Below, in pieces: positions 39,105 to 51,540 of a DNA stretch of 64,000 nt. The stretch's first letter is position 1; each line of letters opens with the position of its first letter. The notes beneath the pieces are model-generated. The model did no database searches. It was given only the letters and a program-made list of their open reading frames with translations, and had not been told where the DNA came from. A program made the translations under genes and the position numbers. The stretch is taken from positions 30,566,001 to 30,630,000 of the forward strand of contig NC_043017.1 in assembly GCF_006345805.1 (NCBI RefSeq). Reading direction: 5' to 3'. The DNA is from Octopus sinensis. Lineage: Eukaryota.

Positions 39105-39150
<46 letters not shown>

Positions 39151-39889
39151 GATGATGATGATGATGATGGTATACTCGGTGTGCTAACCATTATGCCAGA
39201 TCACCGACTTAACCGAAAGACGGATGAAATGCTGCAATGTCTTTTGTCCGGCGCGCGAGTGATTCTGCTAGCTCGCCAACTGACACACTCTTAATAATAA
39301 TAACCGACCGTGTGAAAAGATTGTGACTGAACCAAATTCTCCAAATATCTGTCAAATGTGGTTTCCTTACATAATCATAATTCAGGTTATACGAATTTTG
39401 TTTACATCAGTATTTCGGTTCAGAAGTGTCTTGGCTGTAATGCCGACTGTTTGAAAGGAATTACACCTACAGCTATATAAACGAACCGACTCAAAAGAAC
39501 AGCAGGAGTCTTAACAACTATCTTATTTATATCTAACCAGATTGTCCGGTGCCTTTCTTCCATAAACATCGGATGCATTCGTAAAATCTACTTTGTACGT
39601 ATTGGAAACCGGGTAAAGTTGAAGAAGTTCGTTAGACAATCCATCAAGTGCATCGTGTGATTCTAATGCGATTCTGTATTTTCCAAATTTAATAAAGCGT
39701 TGGACGTTTTCAAAAACACTCCAGACGCTGACGAATCGCAGAAGAAACCATTTCCCTGCTAAGGCTTCTTCCGTATATACACACTTCTTTGCAAATGTTC
39801 AGATCTACCATCGCCTACTTACTATCAAACTTCAGTAAGCTTTTTTGTATATCTGTTTCAAATTTCTGAGCAAAGCTTGAAGCTTCCGG

Positions 39890-40050
39890 AAGGTGCTAAG
39901 TCGATTAAATGTACCCACGTATTCAGCTGGTATTTATTTTATCGGCGCTGAAAGAATGAAATCCAAATTGATTTCTCACGCGGCATAATTTGAACTCAGC
40001 ACGTAAAGGCAGACGAAATACCGCTAAGCATTTTGCTCAGTTCGCAGCGT
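39890..40050 (-). mobile_element. SINE family C, diverged
   Basis: ATTTGAACTCAGCACGTAAAGGCAGACGAAATACCGCTAAGCATTT. Confidence 0.6.
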
Positions 40051-41519
40051 CCAGTCTCCTTTATATATTGAAATCCAAACCGTTCGGCAAACCACTGCCC
40101 CCAGCTTTCTCGGCCCGGCCTATATGCAAGAGATGCATAATGCACAATCGTCGTAAATGAGAAGCAGTACTTCAGATGCAATTATCCTAGATACACGTCG
40201 AAGACTAATGACGTTCAAAAACTGGCTTTGCTTTCAAAGTGTTCCCTATCATGGTGATTTAAACTCCCTAATCTAAATGTGAAAACGAAAAGTAAGTGAT
40301 GTCTATACAAAACAGCGGAAGAATGATTATCAACCATGCATTCTCATCAATGATATTTTTCTCGTAATTATGTCTATCTTTTTGTACAATGACTCAAATG
40401 ACCTTCCCATGTTATTTGAAGATATCTTCTGAAGTTCCGATGAGACATTTTTTCTTGGAATCTGTATATTCGACGATGTAATTGGACGAAGCTATTCTAA
40501 TAACTCAGCCTTCTATTTTTAAGTAGCTTCATCAATACTGTATCGTTTGTATTTATAACGATGAATTCGACGAGTAATTTTGCGCTTCTCTGTTGAGGAC
40601 ACTCACTGTCACAAGTTTGTAATCTCAGTCTGAAAGATGTAGAAAATACTATAACTAACACACATACAGATATCGCAAACTGCTTGCAAAACCTAGGCAA
40701 CTGTTAAAAAAGCATTAGGAAGAGGAAAATAGACGAAAGCAAGAGGATGGAAACAGATTTGAGAAATTCGAAAAGATATGAGTAAATATTCAAATATGCG
40801 TATATGCGTTCATCTATATATATACATACATATACCTCTGTGTTTGTGTGAATTTGTGTGTCTGTGTGTGTGTGTGTAAGTAAGGAGAGGTGGAACTATC
40901 TTGAAGGAAAAGAGCTTCAGATAAAAACAAAACATTATTATAACTTGTATTTGAAATAGAATTTTATAAATCAAACTCGTCGTAACTGGATACAGAAGAA
41001 AGACGAAAAAGTTAAAGCTAGAAATAGCATAATAACACTTGAGTGAAAGCAGAATGTAAGGTTGGATATAACATCACGATATAAATTTCTATCCGCGAAA
41101 CTAAATTGAAAAGCAAACTGATGATAAAATAAGTTAACGTCAAGAACAAACAATTAAGCGTACCAAATTTGTCTGCCAAGTTCTGGAACATTTAGAATAT
41201 CCACACAGACACGACCAAGTCAACAAGTAGTTCTGAAGAGTAATATAAAGTTACTGCAATGTGAAGAAAGACAATAAGTGGTATAAGCGTAAACCCAACA
41301 CCCTATATGAAAATAATCTATTTAAAATAATCTGGGACATACCGAAAAAGAATTCCAAGAATAATTGTTCAGTTACGATTATCGAGTATAGGAACTACAT
41401 TGCAGTGCGGGCAAAATTTTACAGTTTGCATAAAAGGAAAAGAAAACACTACATCATACCCCAAAATAAATATATTTCAAACCTTCAAAAATATATCGAC
41501 AAGATTGTAGTTAAATAAC

Positions 41520-42320
41520 GACAGTTGACTCAAATTAGCCGCCCTCAGTTTCCACGACGACTTCAAGATGAGTGGTGTACCTGGGGCATGCGTCAAAGTG
41601 TCAATGGGTGGATCCTTGGATATCTTCTTTGATATTGGTCATCACCAACTCGAATTTATTGACGCAGGGAGAAGGTTTGGTGTCATTGTCAAATGCGCCG
41701 CACTCGTTGTAATCCATGGGGCTACAATCGGAGCAATTAGGAAGCCAGAAATTGGGGTAGGTGCTGTAGCGGAAATTCTCCGGCAACCACTTCTGACACT
41801 TTTCAAAGTTATGACTAGGAACCGAATTCTGCAGTCACACTTTCAACGTTTCATCAGCAACCATCTCCAGCCAGGTTTTGACCACGGTCTCCAGCTGCTT
41901 CCTATAGCACTCTGAATTGATCCTAAGGCTCTGTTTAATGGTTTAGGGGTGAATTCCTGCGTATGAAGGATCAAAACGCCTGCTGTATCCATCCCTCATG
42001 CCATGGATTTGTAGACTCTATGGCATCTGACCATGTCACGTTTTACCGCATTTATTGTGTTCACAGTGCATTGAGCTGTAATCATGATGTCGGCATTTTG
42101 AAACCCTGGGTGAATCACCATGATAGAGGTACTATTTTCCAGTACTGAGATGGCTTCCATTCCTCTCTAAGTCAGCTAACTTTTCTTCCTACTATAACGT
42201 TAATTTTTATGATCTCCAAACCCGCTGACTGTTCACCAATACTGAAGCTGTTCTTGAAACAAAGTAATATAAAACATCATAAAATTTCGCCCTAACACAC
42301 CGTATAATTGCGGCGCGTTG
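41520..42320 (-). mobile_element. Tc1/mariner superfamily transposase relic, DD37D (maT-type), internally deleted
   Basis: LETVVKTWLEMVA, QNSVPSH (for QDSAPCH) and WLPNCSDCSPMDY, with 37 residues between the catalytic positions. C-terminal LEVVVETEGG*FE. Frameshifts. Confidence 0.8.
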
Positions 42321-42327
42321 ACAAATG

Positions 42328-42818
42328 CTTCTTTCTCTTCCGCCTAAAACAATACCCCGAAAGAAGTTATGATACTATCAATGAACAATGATATCTAGAC
42401 GTATGATAAATGATATCATAAACTTGCCAGTTAATTTCAGCACAACATAACATGTTTATTATACAAAATCATCAGCCAATGAAATATCTTCTTTCTCTTC
42501 CGCCTAAAACAATGAACAATGACATCTAGACGTATGATAAATGATATCATAAATTGCCAGTGAATTTCATACCAGTAATTACCATCTGATTATCAGTGGA
42601 CACAACATGCACAACATATTTATTATACAACCGCATCAGCCAATGAAATATCTTCTTTCTCTTCCGCCTAAAACAATGAACAATGATATCTAGACGTTTG
42701 ATAGATGATATCATAAACTTGCCAGTTAATTTCATACCAGTAATTACCATTTGATTATCAGTGGACACAATATACACAACATATTTATTGTACAAAAACA
42801 TCAGTCAATGAAACATCT
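42328..42818 (+). repeat. Minisatellite, three units of about 160-165 bp
   Basis: CTTCTTTCTCTTCCGCCTAAAACAAT recurs at 42328, 42488 and 42652. Confidence 0.9.
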
Positions 42819-43771
42819 CACTTAAGTCATACACAATAAAATCGACGCATGACTCTATAACAGAACTCACATAGCGCATACGCTACGCAATCTCTATCTG
42901 ATAACATAACACGTCACACAGCGCATATTCTACCATTTTATGTTCACAGAACACAATGCAACACACACCTCGGAAACGTGGAGCTGCACCTGATGGTGTT
43001 CACACGAAACTACTGAAAATATGATGCTGATGGTGATCACGATGGCGACGATGGTGGTAGTGGTGGTGCTGGTGGTGCTGGTGGTGGTGGTGGCAGTGAT
43101 GATGGTTTTATAATGTGATGCGCATATATTTCACAGATACGTACACATAAGCGCATTGACGTATTTACGTAGATCTATAAATAGAAATATGAACGGACAA
43201 TTTGCAAATTTCGAATTCCAGCAATGCGTGTGAGAAAATGTGAGAAAGAGACAGGGAGAGAGAATGAAAGAAAGAGAGAGAGAGAGAGAGGAACATACAA
43301 AGAAAGACAGACTAACAGAGAGAGAGACGGAGTTGAAGACAAATAAAAACTAAGTGAAAGAAACCGAAAAAGATTGAAAGATTGAGAGAGGAGGGAAGAA
43401 AGAAAGAAGGTGAGTAATAAGAGAGAAGCAAGAGAAAAATCGATCTTTCGTTAACGATGGCATTATAAGCTGAAAGACATTAAGAATACCGATTTTTAAA
43501 ATTTTTATTTGTAGCTTACAGAAGATTGGTGCCTTGCCAAAATAATTGGCAACATATCCACATTTTAGCAAAACTACTACTGCAACAATCTTAACGTTTT
43601 CCTGACAATTTTCTCTATCTAAATTACGATAAATCCCTGCTCTCGCAACTCTGTGAGACTAAATAGAAATGGAATAAATACCTAAATTTATACGCAAATC
43701 TGCCATTATGTTTACAGAAACAAAGACAGGGACATATACATACATGCACCATACACACGTAGATATACAAG

Positions 43772-43800
<29 letters not shown>

Positions 43801-43803
<3 letters not shown>

Positions 43804-44199
43804 GGCGTGGCTGTGTTGTGAGAAGCTTGCTTTCCTACCACATGGTTTCGGGTTCGTTCCACTACGTGGCACCTTGGGAAAGTCTCTTCTACTATATTTC
43901 TGGGCCGACCGAAACCTTGCGAAATGATTTTGTAGATGGATACTGAAAGAATCCAACAGTATATACATACATGTGTGCATGTTTTGTGTTTGTGTGTATG
44001 TCTGCGTGTTTGCATTCGTGTGCCCCGGTGTTGGTGTCTTTACGTGGCAATAGCAAGCGTTGTAGCTAAAGAGAACGATAGAATAAGTACTAGGTTTAAA
44101 AACATAAATCCTAGGATCGATTAGTTTGGCTAAACATCCGTCAAAGCGGTGCCCAAGCATGACCACTGTTCAATGATTAGAAACAATAGAGTAAAAGAA
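43801..44199 (+). mobile_element. SINE family A, diverged full length
   Basis: GCAGGCGTGGCTGTGTTG head through to the GAGTAAAAGAAT tail. Confidence 0.8.
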
Positions 44200-44205
44200 T
44201 ATATA

Positions 44206-44417
44206 TACGAAGGGGTTTTGAAATGCTACTGACTGTAAGAGGGTCACGAAAACCTAACTGGTGGCTCAACATTCCAAGTTCCATTACAATGCTTAGAAAA
44301 CCTGAAGGACGCCTGCAATAAATGTGTGAATCAGAGAGGGGAATACGTTGACTACAATCATAATTAACTGATCGTACTGCATTTTCTTTTATCCAAAGAG
44401 AAGAACACCACTTCGTA
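44206..44417 (+). mobile_element. Mariner deletion derivative
   Basis: TA|CGAAGGGG...CCACTTCG|TA termini. Internal LENLKDACNKCVNQRGEYVD resembles the mariner transposase C-terminus. Confidence 0.65.
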
Positions 44418-44570
44418 TATCCGTGGATATATATATGTGTGTATATATTACACGTCGTGTGCCTGTCATTATGTGCTTTTGTCTATTTGTATTTGTAGGC
44501 TGGAAGGTGTTTGTAAGCCATTTAAGAAACACACAAAAACCGTTAGATTCACTTCAACATTTAAATTTAA

Positions 44571-44621
44571 TTTGTCAAAATATTTTCGTCGCTTTAAGAC
44601 CGCCACCTTTTCACTGACAAA
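44571..44621 (-). ncRNA. Hammerhead-like motif, variant core
   Basis: TTTGTCA-GTGAAAA-G-GTGGC(GGTCTTAAA)GCGAC-GAAA-ATATT-T-TGACAAA: 7-bp stem I. Confidence 0.55.
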
Positions 44622-44632
44622 AATCCGTGCTG

Positions 44633-44678
44633 CAGTGAACAGGTTGCGGTCTTAAAGCGACGAAAATATTTTGACAAA
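44633..44678 (+). ncRNA. Hammerhead-like motif, G3-C8 variant core, stem I truncated
   Basis: CA-GTGAACA-G-GTTGC(GGTCTTAAA)GCGAC-GAAA-ATATT-T-TGACAAA. Confidence 0.55.
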
Positions 44679-45124
44679 TTAAACTTAAATGTTGAAGTGA
44701 ATCGAACGGCCTTTGTATGTTTCTTAAATGGCTTATAAACACCTTCCACGCTGCAATTGTTTTCGTTTCAGCACACGATCTCAGATCAAATCACTTGCTA
44801 TGCAAGTACATCTCCGTAATATTTGTAGGCTGTTATTATAGAAGAATTTTACAGATTCAAGAGAAGGTAAAATAATATTTTATTGTTTGTTTTTGTTTTA
44901 CCAATCTTTGTATAGTGGACCACAAAGTAAATATAAATCTATAAGGCAAAGCATGCAGATATTCTGTTATTAATAAGAAAATTCGGCTGGCACATCCGAT
45001 GGCAAAACTTGAGATACGAACCAGTTGTTCCTGTAGAGATGACAGATGTTCAGCTGTTGGGCCGAGGTAACATCCCACTGTGAGCATTCGGATTTTCTAT
45101 CATAAAGTGTTTTTCAGTCCAACA

Positions 45125-45630
45125 TGTATATGCTTTTATTTATGGGTTTATATGTGCTTGCAAATCTGCTATTCAAAAAAGGGCCCCTGTATGTTTGTGT
45201 GTATGTATATGTAGTGTATGTGTGCGTGAATGTATGTGAGTATGCATGTTTGTATGTATGCATGTATGCGTGTATATTTATGTGTGTATGTTTTGTGTGT
45301 GTATGCATGTATGTATACATGTGCGTATGTATGCATGTATGTATACATCTATATATATGTATGTTTTATGTATGCATATGTGTGTATGCATCTATATATG
45401 CATGTATGTATATATTATGTATGTACGCATGCATGTAGGTATTTATGTATGTAATTATGTGTGTATGCAAGCATTATATATGCATGCATGCATATATGTA
45501 TCTATGTGTGTATGTATGTACGTATATGCTCATATATGTATGTATGTATGTATGTATGCATACGTGTATGTTCGTATGCATGCGTGTATATATATATGCA
45601 TGTTCGTTTGTAACTATGTGTATATGTATG
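45125..45630. repeat. Degenerate (TATG/TGCA/TG)n low-complexity tract
   Basis: Directly visible. Confidence 0.9.
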
Positions 45631-45664
45631 TCTGATAAGCAAGGAAAGTTGCTATATGGCTTCG

Positions 45665-46510
45665 GAAAAGATAGGATTTAGGAAGTTGCAGCCAATGGGA
45701 CCCTCTCTAAGATAACAGAAATTCGTCCTTAGGGCAATTGCTGTACACGATAGGTCGCGTAGACATTCCCGAGTACACTTATACAAGCACTGTCTCTAGA
45801 TACGCCGATGATACAAAAATATTGCGGGCAGTAAAGTACGTTGACAATATAGCGAGGTTCTAGAGACACCTAGATACAATATACAAGTGAGTTGAACTAA
45901 ACAGCATGTAATTTTATGATAGAAAAGGTCAAGCACACAGCATTTAGCTGAACATGCACCACAACATTTATATACAGAATCCGAAGTCACTGCAAATCAC
46001 AGATAGACAGTGACTTGGAGGTCTGTAAGTGTAATGATGCATCATTTCATATGCACATTACCATGATGGCAACAAAGAGCAGACAACCGGCAGAATTCAT
46101 AGGTCTTTCTAGTCAGGGTAATAAGACATGGCGGAAGATATTTATTGTCAGCTCCCTGGGATATTTATGGTGTCACCATATTGTGTCAAGTTAATAACGG
46201 GTATTACCCAACGTTTCTACACAAAAAAGTGCACAAATAAACTACAAGTAGCCACAAGAAATACGCGAATTTACTCCTTGGATCGAGGACGCGAGTATTA
46301 AGTAGAAATGCACGAAACGAAATTACTTGAAGAGTCAGTTCCTAATTTCTGGATCAACTGTTATAGAAAAAACTGAACTGACAACCATTGAGTAATACCA
46401 AAGGTATCGTCCATCCCATTGAAAGGGAAAACCACGTACTACAATAGCTTCAAAAGTGCAAAGAGCTTCACTACTCTACCGAAAGAATGAAGTCTCCTGC
46501 ACAATGTGAA
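45665..46510 (+). mobile_element. CR1-like LINE RT relic, highly degraded
   Basis: SRYADDTKILRAV...LDTIYK*VELNSM and NSFKSAKSFTTLPKE. Same type as 24.6-25.6 kb. Confidence 0.7.
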
Positions 46511-46909
46511 TACTCTTTACTCTTTTACTCTTTTACTTGTTTCAGTCATTTGACAGCGGCCATGCTGGAGCACCGCTTTTAGTCGAGCAACTCGACCCCG
46601 GGACTTTGTAAGCCCAGTACTTATTCTTTCGGTCTCTTTTGCCGAACCGCTAAGTAACGGGGACGTAAACACACCAGCATTGGTTGTCAGGCAATGCTAG
46701 GGGGACAAACATATACACACACACTTATATATATATACATATATACGACAGGCTTCTTTCAGTGTCCGCCTACCAAATCCACTCACAAGGCATTGGTCGG
46801 CCCGGGGCTATAGCAGAAGACACTTGCCCAAGATGCCACGCAGTGGGACTAAACCCGGAACCATGTGGTTGGTTAGCAAGCTACTTACCACACAGCCACT
46901 CCTGCGCCT
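46511..46909 (-). mobile_element. SINE family A, full length
   Basis: Near-consensus head, body and (AAGAGTA)n tail. Confidence 0.92.
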
Positions 46910-47000
46910 ATGAATGTCGGTATTATTTTTAAAAAAGAACTGGCAATTCTCCTACGCACGATACAAGACGTAACGCACTCCTGGCAATAAGTAAATAAGT

Positions 47001-47233
47001 AAAGGTGGCGAGCTGGCAGAAACGTTAGCACGCCGGACGAAATGCTTTGTGGTATTTCGACCGACGCTGCGTTCAGAGTTGAAATTCTGCCCGGTTGACT
47101 TTGCCTTTCATCCCTTCGGGGTCGATAAATTAAGTACCAGTTACGCACTGGGGTCGATGTAATCGACTTCATCCCTTTGTCTATCCTTGTTTGTCCCCTC
47201 TATGTTTGGCCCCTTTTGACCAATAAAGAAATA
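47001..47233 (+). mobile_element. SINE family C, monomer
   Basis: GGTGGCGAGCTGGCAGAAACGTTAGCACG head and core. Confidence 0.85.
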
Positions 47234-49039
47234 AGAGAGCGGCTGTTTAAAACCCAATCGTTCAACAAATGGGCCAGCCCTAGTTTAAAACCCCGTGCAG
47301 GAATAACGATGTAATATCCCACCACTTCGAACAAAAATTAAGTACGTTCTTGCATGTGTACACGGACACGTACACACACACATATACACTCACAATCAAA
47401 CGTGGATGTTTGGCTGAATTCATGTATGTACGTATGTACGTACGAATATACGTATTGTTTGAGTTACAATAACGACGCTTGTTGTCCTGAATTCATTCGG
47501 AAGCTTGTTCCAATCTTCGAAGGAACGTATAGAGCTTTCAGCTCGTCACCATTCAACGTCAGCTACAATGCCTGTTCTACTTTAAATGGCTTCTTTTTAT
47601 AAACTCATATCTTATTCATCAGTAAGAGATGGCAATATACGATACAGCAGAGGTTAGCAGCCATATTTGTTTGGGTTTCAAAATCATAATCTCATATTGT
47701 TTGGTTCAGCTTGTAAACGGAGTCAGAAATTAATTGAAAATAAAATACGTGTCACATCAGCCTGGATGCATGTGAAAATCTTTTCGAATGGAATTCAGAG
47801 AAAATATTTTGCTGATGGCTTTCCTTTTAGAGTTGAAGTAACCACTTCCGTCTAGAAACGAGTTACTGGAAGTTACTTATCATGTTATATTCATGCTACT
47901 CGTTACTCACATCACATACGTTATTGTATGCACGTCCGTGTGCATGTGAATATCCATCTACCTACCTACATACTTACAAAGCTCTCACGTTCTCTTTCTC
48001 TCTCCATCTATTATATATGGACACATATACATGCAAATATACATACACACACAAATACACACAGACGCACATACATAGAGACAGGAAGAAAGACAGACAG
48101 ACACACACATATCGAGTGAGTAATGAAATCAATGAACAAACCTATGATGTTTATCGGAAACAGTTGTAAGACGAACTAGCAACAATAAAATTACGTATAA
48201 AGAGCGTTATTTATCTTATATATCACACTATGCAAAAGACCAGTTACCTGGGAATGTAACCATGGATTTACAATATACAATTGTGATGGACTATAGCCTC
48301 GGCGCTGCCATAAGCATCGTTATTTATTTGAAAAATGGTGATACCCCAGTGTATTTGTGTTAACTTATAAACTTCAGAGATCAGATTTGTTATAAGAGAT
48401 ATAAAACATTACCTAACATTTTTATTGCGGTGAGTTATTTTCTTCAACTCCCTTAAAACAATGGGTTCTTGTGAAAGATGATTTTTTTTTAATGCACCCT
48501 AAATAAAAACTATGTGGAATTGGGTAGTGAAAACTAATAAACTAAGATAAGAAAGTGTCATTGAGAAATTTTTTTATATACTGCAGTTATTTCATAGGTA
48601 AGTTAGAATATTTCATTTTTAGTGGATATAAAATAACCATAGGAATGTAAGCACTTATTTGTTTCAGAGGTGAAATCTGCGTTGCTTGAGACTTTTAGGT
48701 CACTAATAATTTAGCTACAAAACAATTATGAGAATCAAAATGCGAGTTCCATATAATGCAAGAGAGATATGGCAAAATCCAAAACAACATATATGACTCA
48801 GATGCCATAAATTTGAAAAGTGACTGGTTAGATTCTATCCAGCTAGACAAAAACGTGGGGAAAATTTAAATCGAGTCGACATAAATGTCGAAATAATTTA
48901 TAGTAATATTTAGAAAATAACAACCGCATATAAAACGATAATGTTCACAAAAGACGTAAGTGCAAATATCAATATAATTCTTGGTTTCTACTAGTTCATT
49001 TCCTTTTCTCCAGGAACATGGGCTGCAGTTTTAGAGCAG

Positions 49040-49215
49040 TGGGGGTAGTCAATAACATCGACCCCAGTACTCAAGAGGTACTTAATTAATCGACCACGAA
49101 GGGATATAAAGCTAAGTCTGCCGTGGCGGTGCTGAAACTGAGAAGGCAAGGTCTGTAGAAATGCCACAAATGGTTTTGTTTGATGTGCCGATGTTTCTGA
49201 CAGCTCATTGCCTAT
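49040..49215 (-). mobile_element. SINE family C, old copy
   Basis: ACATCGACCCCAGTACTCAAGAGGTACTTAATTAATCGACC. Confidence 0.55.
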
Positions 49216-51149
49216 ATCTCCTAGACTCGCAAGAAAATCAGTTTCAGCTATTGGATTTTTTTTTCCATTCTTGATCAGGTATTCAGTTAAGATTCCTCCA
49301 AACAGGCAAGTATTATAGAAACTACAACATGAAGATCAAGAATAAAATGAAACAGGAGAAGGACAAGATGAAATTCAAGAATAAAATAAAACACGGAAAG
49401 AGCAATATTCGTTGGAGGACAACTGCATATTATAGTACGTATTCCGTTCAGTAAATACACATCTGGAATGAACGTCGAAAATATTTCGTATATCGTCTTA
49501 AAATGTAAAAGTCAAAATTTATATTTGATATTGTTTTGAATTTGGGAAAGCAACCTCCATGACACAGTACAGAACACCTGACCCCAGGGCTTGGAATGAA
49601 GCTGATATCGTCGGTTTTGTTTAGAATAGCTGCTACTGTGTGTTTGATCCGGTAATTTTTTCCGATATGCTAAGCAGTGAGATTATCCCGGCGGTACTTC
49701 CTTGTAAGATTTGAAATTAGAATGCAGTGATTTGGAAAATTATCGAGTAGCAGTGACGTCGATAATTCAACAACTTCCATTTCGCCATGATATGGTGTTT
49801 GTAGTAGTACTTGCGTTATTAAATAGAGACGAGTAAGATTTTCAAACTTATAACATCTAACATTTTGATGACCACATTTTCCATTCGGTTCTTCCGAAAG
49901 ATCGATGAAAAACATCCCGAATATGTTTTTATATATTATCAACATCGATGTTTCGGTTTTTATTCTTTCTTGAGTGATGATAGGGTTTGCTTTGGAGTAT
50001 ATTTCACTGTTTTATCTACGAGGTTTGACAAATTTGTATAATCGATACTGAATAGGGATTTATGTTACGCATTTATGCGAGATAATCTGGAGTAAATAAA
50101 ATAATTCTAAACAATCATGTTTAATCCCAACGAATAATGAGTATGCGGATACCTGGAGATAAAGGACATCTTTATTGTCCGATACTTTCGGAAAGCAAAG
50201 AAGAAAATACAGAAACCTATCAAAATACCTAAAAAACATATATATTCTACATAAAATTCGAAGTAATGATATCTCGTTCGATATTCAATTCTCACTAAAG
50301 TATGTATTATAATAAACGTACGTTTATCAACTTAGGTACAAGTCAATTTTTTTTTCACTGCTGAAATTTTGTTTCGATGGATTCAATATCATCGAATGGA
50401 TTCCATAAATGAGAAGTAATGAAAACTAATATCGAAGCCTCATGAATTTCAGAAGCCTGATCGTAGGTGATATAAAAGATTAAAATGTCGTCAGTTAATT
50501 CGAATTTTTAAATGTTCTGCCAAATCGCTGTATTCACAATTATTTTTATTTTTATTTTAAAAGGAAGGTTCTTTAAAGCAATCCACACAGAGGATAGCTG
50601 TAGGCTTTCACTCACCAGAGCTGTCAAGCATTTATTACGAGAGATAATGGGAAAACATTAATTACTTTCCCAAGAAGTAAAAAAAAATATTGGTCACGTT
50701 ATCGAATAAAGTGTTCTTACATATTTTCAATCTTACTTGGACAATAACTGTCATTATTAAGTTAGCTCTTGCTACTAGCTTCAGATGAAAGATATGTGAA
50801 TGGTTTTATCGTGCGAGTGAAGCAAATATACTTTTATCCTAAAGAAATGAAACTGAATTTAATTCCCAGGGAGTTTTCAAATTCAGAGAATTAATGGTTT
50901 TCCCATAACCCCCGCTATGTCACGTGTTTTATTGTTTCTGTGAATACATAATAATACTGACTCACTAAATTCCAAGATGAAAGAGTGCCAGTTGTTACTG
51001 TTAATATCGTACATTTTTGCTTACCAATAATATTAGTTTTAATATTATTTATGTTGATTTAAGGTGAAACGTGAAGAACCGATTGGTGGAGAAATGCAAT
51101 CCAACAGTAAACATGCAATATGTTAGAGACATTCAGGCCTATAATATTG

Positions 51150-51540
51150 TGTTCCAATTTTTTACAAGGCCAACAAGTTCGGGAAAGAGGGCAAGTCGAT
51201 TAGATCAACCCCAGTACTCAACTGGTATTTATTTCATTGACCCCGAAAGGATGAAAGGCAAACTCGACTTCAACATAATTTGAATGCCGCTACACATTTT
51301 GCCCGGCGTGCTAGCGATTCTTATTTCTTCTTTCTTTATTTCCCACAAGTGGCTAAACATAGTGGGGATAAGCAAGGACAGGCAAAGAGATTAAGTCGAA
51401 TACATCGACCCCAGTGTGTAACTGGTACTTCATTTATCGACCCCGAAAGGATGAAAGGCAAAGACGCCCTCGGCGGAATTTGAACCCGGAACCGCTAAGC
51501 GTTTCGTCCGACGTGCTAACAATTCTGCCAGCTCGCCCAC
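51150..51540 (-). mobile_element. SINE family C, dimer
   Basis: Two ACCCCGAAAGGATGAAAGGCAAA cores; head (CTGCCAGCTCGCC) near 51530. Confidence 0.8.

Larger units (their letters stand above)
44494..44755. repeat. Fold-back element with ~110-bp inverted arms
   Basis: TGGAAGGTGTTTGTAAGCCATTTAAGAAAC...GACCGC is mirrored by GCGGTC...GTTTCTTAAATGGCTTATAAACACCTTCCA. Confidence 0.9.

Noticed and set aside
42328-42818. CRISPR-like array
   Set aside because: Whole units are repeated with no unique spacers, the context is eukaryotic, and there are no cas genes.
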